NCBI GenBank assembly: GCA_013239625.1
Contig: MU053934.1
Location: 403,241-456,501 of the forward strand
DNA length: 53,261 nt
Origin: Lama guanicoe
Taxonomy: Eukaryota
Direction: 5' to 3'
The notes under the pieces: generated by a model
What the model was told of the DNA's origin: nothing
Databases searched by the model: none
What the model saw: the letters and a program-made list of their open reading frames with translations, nothing else
Made by a program: the position numbers and the translations under genes
Shown here: in pieces, positions 1 to 11,917 of the stretch
Numbering within the stretch: the first letter of the stretch is position 1
Layout of the letters: each line of letters opens with the position of its first letter

Positions 1-241
1 TTCCTGCTAGCTGGAATATGAATGACAGGGCTGAAGCTCTGACAGTCATTAAAACCATGAGATGACCTTGAACATGTCAGTCAAGCAAGCTGGGTGAAAG
101 ATAAAGGGAGCCTGCATCCCAGACATTAACACCCCTACACCAAGAGCCTCCAGACATCTTAAATGTAAAGAGAAATAAGATGCAAAGCCATTTTTACTTT
201 AGATTGTCTGATAAATCACAGTGAAATCTAATGCTAATACA
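1..241 (+). mobile_element. Ancient ERVL-MaLR LTR fragment (MLT1J/K/L-like, 3' part)
   Basis: Motifs ttcctgc..ctggaat, ccatgagatgacc and ggagcctg, and a terminal aagcca...ctaataca typical of old MLT1 LTR ends. Confidence 0.6.
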
Positions 242-1659
242 ACTAACTATGTTAGTGTGGGCCCTAAGTTCTAACAGCCAATGTCGCCACTGAAATAGTT
301 TGAGGCAGGAACTTGATTTTAATCTGTCACTTTTACAAAGAAATCGACCCACAGAAAAGGGATGTAACTTGCTCAATGCCACATGGCCGTCAAGGCAGGC
401 AGGGAGCCAGGATTAGGCTCCTGTCTCCCACTTTGACAGCCAGTGGTCTTTTGCCCACACTGTTTCATGAGGCGTTCAGGGCAGAAGCCCTCTTCAGAAA
501 GCTGAGCAGGGGAAGGAAGGCACTGGCCAGACAGACCACAGCAGGAAGAGAAATCCTGTTTTCTCCCTCCGTTACACTTCTGTCCTCCCATTTTTTTCCT
601 TTTCCTTTTCTTTTTCTATTTTTCACCTCCTTGATCTTAGCTGTTTAAATAGGCCTGATCATAATAACGTAAACACATCCGAGGAAAAGAATTCCTCTGT
701 CTGGGCCCGCCTACACCCTAAATTCTAACTGATGCCCTGACTATAACCCAGGAGCAGAGAGTCTGTAAGAAATCAAACAAGCCTTCACCCGGGGGAGGAA
801 AGAAGTTTCCCCAATTCGGGCCCTCCTCGGACCAGCCTGGATCAAAGGAATTCGCTAAAGTTACTAAGTCCTCATTTGCAAAGATATAAAACAGAGATCT
901 TTGATAAAACTAGCAATGGTTGTGAAAAAGCACCTGAGATTGGGCCTCGCATGGAGTCAGGGCAGAATGAGGGTGCAGCATTTAACATCTCCTGAGTTTC
1001 TCGGTTTATCATCTCCTCCTCCCTTCCTGCCTCAGAACGTAAGAACCAGAAGAAAGGGAGTGTTGTCTCTTTTTTCATCATTCCTATTTCCCAGCACAGA
1101 GACCCATAACAGAGGCTCAAAACGTATTTGCTGGATGAATGATGATAACACGGCCGCCACTTCCCTGCCCACGTCCTCTGTGCTCACCTGACCGACCAAC
1201 TCAACCATGTTCTGAGCGCCTTCCCGCCCGACCACGCCTGCTTTCCATTTCTCCTGCTCCCAGGAACATTCCTCATCAAATGTCTCCCATCTGCCCTTCT
1301 GCCTCTCCCCCAACCCACACGTCAACCAGGCTTGAAAGTCTAGAGGAAACCCCACTGTCCTCAGGGGCTCTCCCTGACCGTTCCAGTCTCAAAGCTCTGC
1401 CCTGACCGCTAACCTTCCATAGAACTGAGTGGACACCATTCCACGAGCCCGGTATTCCCTTATGACATTACTCAGTATCACCCACGTCACTAAAAACCCC
1501 ATTCACGTGAACAGTGCATTACAGTTTACAAACTGTTTTCTCTTCAGGGAGTCGGAAGTCTGACACTCTGAAAACACAGCCAGGAAATGGAATATACAAA
1601 CAGCAGGTAATCTCTGTATCTAACTAAAAATAGCAAAAAATTCACCCATAATTGAACAT

Positions 1660-1865
1660 GTGCACCACACCAGACACTATTTGTGGCTTTATTCCGCCAT
1701 CCCTTTTACTTCTCTGAAATACTCCATGAAGCAGGTGTTATTTTTCTGAAACTTATCGATGGCATCTGAAGTGCAGAGAGGCAAGGCAACGTGTACTCAC
1801 GGCAGAAACCACCAGAGCTGGGCTATGAACTCAGGCTTGTCTGTGTCACAAGGCCTTGCCCTTAA
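1660..1865. mobile_element. MIR SINE (degraded)
   Basis: ccatgaagcaggtgttatt...ctgaagtgcagagagg...agagctgggctatgaactcagg resembles the MIR core. Confidence 0.6.
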
Positions 1866-2349
1866 CAGGGGTGCTCTAATTCTTCTCCACTGGGACTGGA
1901 AGAAGCAAAACGTGTGTGTGTCTGTGTGTGTATGTTCAGCGCACACATAAGCATGGATGGATGAATAAGGGGATGTCAGGGGTGGAAGGAGTGGGTAAGT
2001 TTTCCAAACAACCAAAGAATTCCTAAAAAAGCAAGCATACTCTATTGGTGGGGAGGTGATATTAAGCTATAAAAGTTCAAACAATTGCTTTAGATGAGCA
2101 AGCCTCTGATTCCAAATTACAGAAGCTGGTGCTAAAGTGAGAACGAGGCCCAGGGGAACGGCCTACCAGGGCCCCAGCACCAGGCGCACCACTCCCACCA
2201 GAGGCTATGTAACAGGGACCAGGGACCCCGCCCCCCGCCCTGCACCCCCCTCATGACAGCTGAGCCTCGAGATCCTGAGCATGTCAAAATGAGCCACAAA
2301 GAAACAAGCAGCAAGTTCCATCAGTTTGGAATAGCTCTGTGGTGCGGGC

Positions 2350-2460
2350 CTTCTTGCTCCCATTTCCCAGACAGGGAAACTGAGGCTCAGAGAGACAAAA
2401 TGATTTGCTGGGCCAGACGGCAAAGTCAGTGACCAAGCCAGATTCATGCCCAGAACTGAG
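2350..2460. mobile_element. MIR SINE fragment
   Basis: cccatttcccagacagggaaactgaggctcagagag is the MIR core hallmark. Confidence 0.75.
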
Positions 2461-2463
2461 TCA

Positions 2464-2910
<447 letters not shown>

Positions 2911-4060
2911 CGAAGGAAAGCCCCCCAGGCCCCTCCATGGACCCCAGACATCCACGACTCCACGGCGAGGCTTCTTTCACAGTCCCATTTGGAAGGGAGA
3001 GCAGATGGAAAGGGAGTTACGAATAAACGCAGCCAGATTGAACTGGGAACAAAGTTGAGAACAGAATGCCTTACTGTGGTGATTTTAAAAAAACCAACAC
3101 AGCTAACATGCTGTTTGGAGAAGAGAATCATAATATAATTTTCCTAATTAAATGCACTGTCTTTTCCCTACTTGGCACATTTCCAGGGAAATACTCTTGT
3201 TATCAATAAAACATGAATATAGAGGAGGAGGCGAAGGAGAAGGATGGGAGAAAGGGGGAGAAGGAGTAGGAGAAAATGCAGGAGGGCAAAAAAGGAAGAG
3301 AAGATACAAAAAGAAGAAAGAAATACTAATAATGACTACGTTTACTTAGTCCTTCCTGTGTGAACTCCTATTCATCCTTCAAAACCCAGTTTCAGAAGCA
3401 TCACCTCCCAGGGGCAGCCTTATTCAATTTGCAGATAAAATACCAGCAGCACTATGAAAAATATGCACCTGTCATACTGGATTTGGTAAACGGCTTTGTT
3501 AAAAAACTAGATCTTACTTATGTTTGTGGTAACATATCATTATAGCTGATAAATATTGGAAAGGTGGACGCATGTGTCATGCAACACATAAAATAATTAA
3601 GTGCAACAAGGAAGAAGTAGGAGCAGAATCATTAAACTGAGTGCCAGAAACAGTCTATTTAACAATCCCACACAGAGAGGACAAGTGGGTCTCTCAAAGT
3701 CACACAGTCACAACACAGTGATATCAGAATTCATACTCGGGTTTCTCTGTTGGCCGAGCCTGGATACTTTCCACTTCAATGCAGTTTCATAATAGGGTAT
3801 TTATGGACTTGTGGATTTAAAAGTTATTAATGTAAAAACCTCATCTCCCAATCATACTTAGCTTAACCCCTTGTATACAGTAGGTGCTCAATGCATGCTT
3901 ACTGCTGAGGAGCCCCAAGGACATGAGACACACCCACAACTGTCACTCTTCTGTTTCCATGCTGCACACATCCCAGGATCCAGCTACAACACAGCTGTCT
4001 CAGAGACTACCAAGCAAAAATCACTTCTCTAGAAAATTACCCTCTCAGCCGCCTGCTAAA

Positions 4061-4080
4061 ACACACACACACACACACAC
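4061..4080. repeat. (AC)10 microsatellite
   Basis: Read directly from the sequence. Confidence 0.95.
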
Positions 4081-5851
4081 TCCTCTTTTTCCATACTTTG
4101 AGTTTTTCTCCTTCCTGCCTAGACCCCACTGAGCTTGCAAACCACCCCAGAGAGTCTCTGTGACTCACAAAACTTCAGGATCAAAGAATGTGATGAATGA
4201 CACCCCTGCGGGTCTCACCTGTGCTGTCTTACTGCGCCGGCCTCTGCCCAGGGCTTTTTGATGTGTCTCGGGGTTTTCACAAACAGGACTCCGTTTTCCC
4301 CCCCTCTTAATCACCTCAGGGTTAAACGCCTGAGCTCCTGGTCCTCTCCTATCAATGCAGCAAAAATACGACTGGCTGCATTCCACCGCTCAGGACCACA
4401 GATCAAAGGCCGAGGCCGAGCGTGTGGCGCCGGGAAATCACGGGTTGGTTAAGGTTGCATTGTTACCGAGCTGGCCCATGACAAGCTCCGACCCAGGCTT
4501 TTGAAACCTGTCTCCCCGTTTGGTAAAAACAAATCAGCTTCACTGAGAATGAGAAAGAAAAAGGTGACAACAGCAACTGTGTTTTCTCGGCCAACATCGA
4601 CCCTTCAGGCGAGGGTGGGAGAAACAAACATCTCGCTCGGTCAGCGGGCAGGGCGGGGCAGTCACGCTTTGTGCGGTGCCTGCTGTGCGTCTGACGGTGC
4701 TGGGTAGTTGGGCGGATGACGCCTTGGGTTATCCCAGCACAAGCAGGCGGCAGTCGGTGTCCCCAGTACGGAAGGCGAAACTGAGCCTCTCAAAGCTTAA
4801 GCCAAGTTCCCATCGTGATGACTGGAAACAAGGACTCCGTGACTGCACACGGCCAAGCTCCTGCATTTATGCACCAAGTTCGAGGGACAGGTGCTCTGGG
4901 GCCTGCGAGGTCTTCTTTCTTCTGAAAGGGCCTTGGCACATGTGGGGAGGAACCCAGGGAGCTTTGGAAGCCCACCAGGGTCCCAGAAACTCTGGAAAAT
5001 TTACAACAGACAGCAACTCTAAATTTGGGCTTTGGAGGGATTAACTGAAATGCTTTGAACTTTTGTTTTCCCTTCTCTGAAATGGGAGCAGAAATGCTGA
5101 CTTCGCAAGTCTGATGGGAGGCTTCAGTAAGACACAGAAACACAAAGCCCCAGGCCCTTGGCCTCTCATTGGAAGACACTGGGTATCAGTTAGTTCCTGC
5201 AACCCCGTCCAAGGAGGCGGGTAGGTGATATACAAATGGACCCCACTTCTCTAAGCTGTACGGCCAGAAGTCGAGACAGAAGGGCCCGTTGCCCTGCTGT
5301 GTTCGCAGCTCATTCTAGGTGAATTCAGCCGGACTCCCACTTGTGTTCTTGGACTTCTCAGCTCTCTGGTTCCTGATGCCATTGGTCCCGCTTCTCCTAC
5401 CTCTCTGGGGGCGGGCAGGGGGAGGGTCAGGACAGCACAAAGCCTGCCCTCTTGGAAGACGTGTGCACTTCTCCGTGGCATCTTCTGAGCTCCAGTCTCT
5501 CTCAGGAGCGCTGCTCTTGTTTTGCATCCTTGTCGTCATTATAAACCTCACCACGTGGGACTTCAGGGCCTCTGGAAACAACGCTCCCCACAGCAGGTAT
5601 TTCTCAGTCAGCGGTGACGTTTCTCTCCCCCAATCCATCTTGGATAAACCTTTGGCCCAATCCACGTGCCTAGTACCTAGCTTGCCCCACAGGCCATCCA
5701 TCACTTGAACTCAACAAACTGGGCTATACCTGGCCATCAAGACAGGTTTGCTGATTGCATGTTTGATGCACGTCCAACTGCTCGAGAAGTTTCTACATGA
5801 CTGCTCTCAACTTCCGTACTTACCTCATTCCACTCCTAATGGTTTGGGGAC

Positions 5852-6975
5852 TCAGATGGTTCATTTTAGGTGTCAACTTGATTGGGCCCTGGGGTGTCCA
5901 GATGAGACAGGAGGGAAGGGGCAGGGCACAGCCACTCAAGGAATGACAGCAATTTAACACGAAAATGGTGGAAGATTCAACTCCCAGTTAGCCTTGAGGA
6001 TTAAGAGGTTTGATTTCTAGTAGACCTTGAGGTTCATTATATGCTCATTGTAACAGTGTGATAAATAACATGCCCACAGACACCATGATAGTCCCAAGGC
6101 TAACCAAAAAAGGCCAAAGAATGGGCGGTGGCCCAGCTCCTGGGAATCCCAGCCCCTTCCCCAGGGCAGTTGGAATGCTCCCACCTGTAGGCATATGTAG
6201 CTACTGAGCCCTTTAAAACTGGCAGCACCACGCCTGGCTGTCCTTTTTCACTCCCTCCTCTTTGGAGTCGGCCCACAATCTGTCTATGGAGTGTGTGCCT
6301 ACTTTTAACCTGAGCACCCTGTTCCCACATCTCTTTCCTTGCCTTTCTCTTGCCTTACACTCCATGCAGCGTGTATCTCTCTAAATAAATCTACCTTTAC
6401 TCAACTTGAATTCTTTCCTGCATGAAGCCAAGGACCCACACCTGGCAGGGCACGTCCCAGGGGCTCAACTGAGACCTGGGACAGGCCCTCCTCACGCCCC
6501 ACATCCGTTTTCCTGCATCACAGATGCGAGGTCAAACTCACCCTGGGTATTTCTGGATGAGATTAACATTAGAATCAGTAGACTGGAGTGCCCTCCCTAA
6601 CGTGGTGGGCTTCATCCAACCAGGCAAAGGCCTGAATAGAACAAAAAGGCCGACCCTTCCCCCACAAGTAACGGTGCGTCACTCCTACCTGACAGCCTCT
6701 CATCTGAGACATTGTTTGGTTTTCCCTGCCTTTGGACTTGAACTGAAACCCTGGCTCTTGCTGGATCTTGAGTCTGCCAGCCTTCAAGTAGAACTAGAGG
6801 AACCATCAGCTCCCCTGGGTCTCCAGCCTGCAGACTGACCCTGCATTTAGATGCAGGATTTGACCATCTGCATAACCACATGAGCCAATTATTTATAATA
6901 AATCTCTTCACACACACACACACACACACACACCCCCCCTATTGGTCTGTTTCTCTAAAGAACCCTGACTAACGA
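5852..6975 (+). mobile_element. MLT2-type (ERVL) solo LTR interrupted by a MER41-like LTR
   Basis: The 5' piece gatggttcattttaggtgtcaacttgattgggcc (5855-5902) resumes at 6525 with ggatgagattaacatt...ggcctgaatagaacaaaaagg. It contains an internal (CA)12 at 6909-6932 and ends ctattggtctgtttctctaaagaaccctgactaa. Confidence 0.85.
5903..6520 (+). mobile_element. ERV1-class solo LTR, MER41-like (complete, 618 bp)
   Basis: TG...CA termini (tgagacagga / tcctgcatca), perfect 4-bp TSD caga (5899-5902, 6521-6524) and polyA signal aataaa near 6384. MER41-like blocks: tcattatatgct, caccatga, gaattctttcctgc. Confidence 0.88.
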
Positions 6976-7178
6976 AGGCAGGGACCACCAACAGTCTGTA
7001 ATCACACTGAGTACCACTGCCCGATACCCAGTCTCTCTGTCCTCAGGACCTGGCACGCTGCCTGTACTTGACAAGCATCTGAAGGAGGGATGAAGGAAAT
7101 AACTGGCATCTAGCATCCTCTCTATTTAAAAAAAAAGGCATGAAAAAATAGATCTAGCAAAATCTTAACCTACAAGCT

Positions 7179-7403
7179 CAGCTGACCCTTGAACACCAGT
7201 TGGGGGGCGGTTAGGGGCACCGACCCCCCCATGCTGTTGAAAGTCCAAGTATAACTTTACAGTTGGCTGTGTCTGTGGTTCCGCATCTGAGGATTCGATC
7301 AGCTACACAGATAATGCCGGGCTGTTGTATATGTGTATTAGAAAAACACCTGCATGTAAATGGCCCCGTGCAGTTCAAATCTGTGCTGTTCAAGGATCCA
7401 CTG
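7179..7403 (-). mobile_element. Tigger2-family non-autonomous DNA transposon (MER8/Tigger2a-like)
   Basis: Terminal inverted repeats cagctgacccttgaaca / tgttcaaggatccactg followed by TA. Internal ttaggggcaccgacccc is characteristic. Confidence 0.8.
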
Positions 7404-8586
7404 TACTTAAAAAGCGGCCTCATTATAATATTAATTGCAGGGAGAAGAGTGAGAGATAACCGAGAAAAGCCAACACATCAAAGAGAGTCATAAAAGCATG
7501 GGGATTTGGAATAAGAAAGAGCGGAGTTTGAATTATGGTCCTGCCACCTACTAATAATTAACCTCAGGCGGAGTGCTTGACTTCTCCATGACTCGCTGTC
7601 CCCGTATGTATAATGGGGACATGGGGTGTGGGTGTGGGCACGTGGGCATGCGTGTTGCCAACATCAGGCCTGACCAGAGTACATGTTCAAATTTCCCCTT
7701 TCCACCAAAGCTGGAGGCAGGACATATAAAGACAATGGTGAATAGGATCCTTCATTGCCGAACACTTTTACCTTTGATTTTCTATTACCTTCCCTTCCAG
7801 GTTTCTTTTCTTTTCTTTTTTTTTTTCAGATCTACACAGTCTATTTGTACACATGGTGCATCTCTCTGTCACATAAAGCCTCTATGTGTTGATCTACAGT
7901 TCAGCCCACTTTTGAGTTTAAAATGTCAAACAAGACATTATTCAAAATCTCAGTTGACAACATCTTCCTCCTCCCCCCCAGAACGTCTCAACAAACATGA
8001 ATTTATCATCGGATCTGAATCTCTGAATCCACTTGAGATGAATGCTCTGAATTAAGAATCAAAACATCTAAGATGCAGAACAAAAAAGGTAAATTGAAAA
8101 TCAACCTCCGTGCAGTATGGTGACAGAGATTAGGGACTTGCCATCCAAAACGTCCTAAGCGATGATCTGAATCAATTTGTGCGCCCTGAATCTCTCCGGC
8201 TCTAGCTGGAGTATGGGCGTTTTGCACTGTGACATCCGCCACTGCAAATGGACAGAACTCTGGGGCTCATCAAGGGAGGCATGAGGACACCCATGTCGGA
8301 GACTCATACTGGCTTCTGCCAGTGGCGACAGTCCTAGATCTTTCTAGTCAAAGACACCGCAATCCTGCACTCATGCCCAGATTTCAGAAGGGCTGCCCCC
8401 CCCGCCGCGCATCATTCTACCGGCGAGGAAGACACTGAGTCCCTAACCTTTAAATGGCAAAACCCCCCTACGTACAATCTGTCACCAGGGCCTGCCAATT
8501 CTCCCTTCTTGATGTTTGAAGCACTTGCTTCTCATTCCATTTCAAACATTCCATCTCCAAACCAGCCTTTAAATCTTATCCTAAAA

Positions 8587-8799
8587 CAGGGGTCGTCAAA
8601 CTTTTTCTCTAAATGCTGGAGAGTAAATATGTTTTCCTCGGCAGGCCAGGTGGTCTCCGATGCCAGTGCTCAACTCTGGCGTTGCCGCAGAAAAGCAGCC
8701 ACAGGAACACATGACACGTGAGCGTGGCTGCGTTGCCTTAAAACTTCATTTACGAAAACAAGTCTTGGGCCAGATGCGTGGCTGGTTTGTGGACCCCTG
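8587..8799 (+). mobile_element. MER58A-like hAT-Charlie MITE
   Basis: Reads caggggtcgtcaaactttt...aaaacttcatttacgaaaaca...ggacccctg, with a degenerate 8-bp TSD tcctaaaa / ttctagac. Confidence 0.85.
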
Positions 8800-9284
8800 T
8801 TCTAGACATCGGTCTCCTTGGTTTGTTTCCTCCCAGGTCCTGTGAGCCCTACTCATGGGGGCCAGGAATAATGATCTTAATGATGTTCCCACTCCCACCA
8901 CATCTTGCAGTTCGACAGTGCAGCTCCATCTGCTTCGAGGTCACCTATCAAATTCAACAAACACTTGGTCAGTTTCTCTTGAGAACGTGTCCAGTATTGG
9001 AGGCTGGGTCGGCTCATTTTAATTTTTATTCAACACTTCAATGAAGTGAGTGTTCTCACTATCCCTATTTGACAAATGAAAAAAGAAGAAACAGACACAT
9101 GATTTGCTCAATGTCATCCCAGCAGCTCGGTGGGGGGGGGCGGTCTTGAACCCCGGTTCACTGGCTTCAGATCAATCGCTCTATTTGCCCCAAACCACGA
9201 TGCCTCCTCTTTGCCCTTCTCCAAACAGGTCCAGTCTAGTTTGCTGCTGTTGCTTCTGCTTCCTGTCCTTGTCTTCAATCCTAG

Positions 9285-9548
9285 CTACCATGACAATCCC
9301 TTGGGAAACTTCAAAAAAAACCCAAAAAAACAAAAAAACAAAACCCAGATTAATTAGCTCTGAATCTCTGGACGTTAGAGTCTAACTATCAGCTTTTTTT
9401 TTTTTTTTAATGGAGGTACTGGGGATTGGACCCAGGACCTTGTGCATGCTAGGCATGAGCTCTACCCCAGCCCTCCTGGTTATCAGCATTTTTAAAAGCA
9501 GCCACCCTCCTGTGTTCTCATGTGTAGTCAAGCTTGAGAAGCCCTGGC
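9285..9548. mobile_element. MER5-like hAT fragment interrupted by a Vic-1 SINE
   Basis: aatcccttgggaaactt...ctgaatctctgg...[SINE]...atttttaaaagc...gcttgagaagccctg. Confidence 0.55.
9394..9480 (-). mobile_element. Vic-1 camelid SINE (tRNA-Ala-derived) with internal deletion
   Basis: PolyT followed by tggaggtactggggattggacccaggaccttgtgcatgctaggcatg. Flanking direct repeat tatcagc at 9387-9393 and 9481-9487. Confidence 0.9.
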
Positions 9549-11833
9549 ATTTCCCCCAGTCTTCAGGCTGAGACACGATAAGCCCCACTTGCCATCACAC
9601 TGTTTACTCTTTAAGGCAAATCTAAGGAACTGAACTGGCTTAGACACGCAAAGAGGTCTTAGCATCGCTGCCACACGTAGTTCCAGTCCTGCTCGGACCC
9701 AGGGCCCCAGCTTCCCTGCCTGAGTCTCTGTTGTTTCTTCGAATAGCTTCCATCCTGTCACCCAGGGTCTTCCTCACTTTCTGTATCCTAGCCTGCCTGG
9801 TGTTCTAGCTCCTCTGAGCTTGGGGCTCTTGTGTTCCTAACATCTCCGTCCTTCCAGGATGAGAGCTCTTCTCAAAGCAGGGCCCTATGACTGCAGCTGC
9901 AAGAACCTTCCAGCTTCCCTGGTTCCAGGCTCCCCTCTCTTTGGCAGTTTACACATCAGAGTAAGACACGGGTCTGGGGTGGCGGTGGTGGGGGGAGGTT
10001 CCCCAAGTTCTGGAACTGTGGAACCAGATGTGCTGTGTGGAGGGAAGCAGGGGTAATGACATGAAAAGCCAGCTCGCTTGTTATGGGGGAAACAGGGAGT
10101 GTTCTACCCAGAGCACCCCAAAGTGATTTTTCCAGAAGTCATCTTTGGCAACCAAAGCAAACTGGAGTTCCAGCAAAGACCTTGGAGATCTTCCAGCAAA
10201 GACTGAACACAACAGTGAGCAAAGAGCTCCCCACAAGCTTCTAAAAAGAATCCACAACCACCAGGCCAGGAAAAGGAGCCTGGATTTGTTTCATCACAAT
10301 CGAGTAAATTGCGATTTGCCATTTTCCCTCCGTAAAATTATGTTCCACAACCTCATCTTAATGAGCTTCATTAAGTCAAGAAAATGAAGAGATTTTTAGC
10401 ACCAACTGGCTGTATCCAAGGCTGGGTTTCAGCTGGATGGGCGGAAATCTATCCTAGTAAGCAACGATGTTAGTGGTTTGCCCCTTGAAATTTCAGGTTC
10501 AACGATTTCAAAGCATCAGATTTTGGGGGGACAAATATCCTAAGTTCTGAAAGTTTGAGGCATTTGGTCTTTGAACTACGGTTCTCAGAGCAGAGTATCT
10601 CTGAATCTCCCTGATTCTAAATCTGGCTAATCTTATTTCTCTTTGATGTCCAGGAGTCTAAGATGAAAATAGGGCTTTGTTGGTAGCATTCAAATTGTCA
10701 CAAACAAGGCAAAGGATAGTGCATTTAGTGCTCTATTTTTTAGAAAACTGAATGGCTTGACAGCACAGCTGAGTTCTTAGATCACCAGGTGGTTTAGCAA
10801 ATAGCTACTGGAGGGCAGCATTACAGTCCATCCAAGAAAACGTGGTATTTATTCTAATCCGGAGAATCAGCCAGTGTGTGGGAGCAAAGATACTCACATC
10901 CCAATCACCTTTGATCACTCTCTGCCCCCAGTGAGCTAATTCATTAGCTTCAGTCACTTTCTGCACAGCCTCAAAGACACCTGGCTTTACTGGTAGCATC
11001 CAATGGCTGAGTTTGAGAAAGCAGTGTTTCCCCTTCCACAGTCTCTTGAGACACTTCATACACCTGCAATCACTGGACATAGTTCCCTTTACTGGGAGAG
11101 ACATCAAAACTAAAAACAAAAGGAACTTGATGATTGTGTCCTTTGTAAAGTGTCAACTGGACATCCTCACCCAAGTCATCGACGTGGCCCTTGATGCAGA
11201 AATATTCCGGAATTTCTTTTTAATCTTCTCTTTGGCAGCACTCAAGATAAATGACTGCATATGTCTCCACTGATCTTTTTTTTTTTAACCTTAGCAATAA
11301 AAGTGTTATTTTATATGAAATATTTGTAGCCCTTATAAAACCCCACTAATTGTGTTCCAAGGGGAGAATCCTATTTTACAGTAAAATTTGAGGCTTAACT
11401 TTGGGGGAGAGGGAGGAGTAGTTAAAATCTTACTCACATCAAGAAAGCTACAGGAGAGAATTCTTTAGCAAGGTTTTAAAATGTTACATTCATCACACTA
11501 AGGATGTGGAAAACCATCCTTTTCTAAAAATGTGAATGCATACTGGCCAGAAGCCTCCCATCGCCATTCTTGGTGGCCCTATTGATTTATCAAAAAGAAC
11601 ATTTTACTTAAACATTTTAATGGGGCGTGTTGACGATAGCTTCTGCAGGACTCCAGACAAGTCAGAAAAGCCCTGGCCCATCCATTCTGCTCCCTTCTTG
11701 TCCCCGGTGCTTCCAGATCACCCTGTTTCAGGGGCAGAGGGTCAGAGCGAAATTCACATCTAGGGAAAAGAGTCAGGGACTCTTGTAAAAAAGGATCCGA
11801 AAGAACCACTGCCTTTCATCATGAGTGCATCTT

Positions 11834-11917
11834 CTTTTTTTCTTTTTGTCTTAAATGGGAGTACTGGGGTTGAACCCAGGACCTCACGCATGCTCCACCA
11901 CTGAGCTCTACTCCCCC
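11834..11917 (-). mobile_element. Vic-1 SINE with internal deletion
   Basis: gtactggggttgaacccaggacctcacgcatgctccaccactgagctcta. 14-bp TSD catgagtgcatctt / catgggtgcatctt (11820-11833, 11918-11931). Confidence 0.9.

Noticed and set aside
5818..5826. Perfect minus-strand donor GAG|GTAAGT
   Set aside because: No convincing upstream acceptor nearby. Isolated consensus donors are expected by chance in 50 kb.
10163..10203. Short direct repeat ttccagcaaagac x2
   Set aside because: Only two units with ~23-nt period, an ordinary local duplication and not an array or CRISPR-like structure.
11118..11285. Box C/D snoRNA-like pattern (TGATGA at 11128-11133, CTGA near 11270, possible terminal stem)
   Set aside because: It is antisense to the host gene, box C lacks the 5' purine, the K-turn spacing is off by one and I recognised no rRNA/snRNA guide. 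An Infernal/Rfam or snoScan hit would be needed to revive it.
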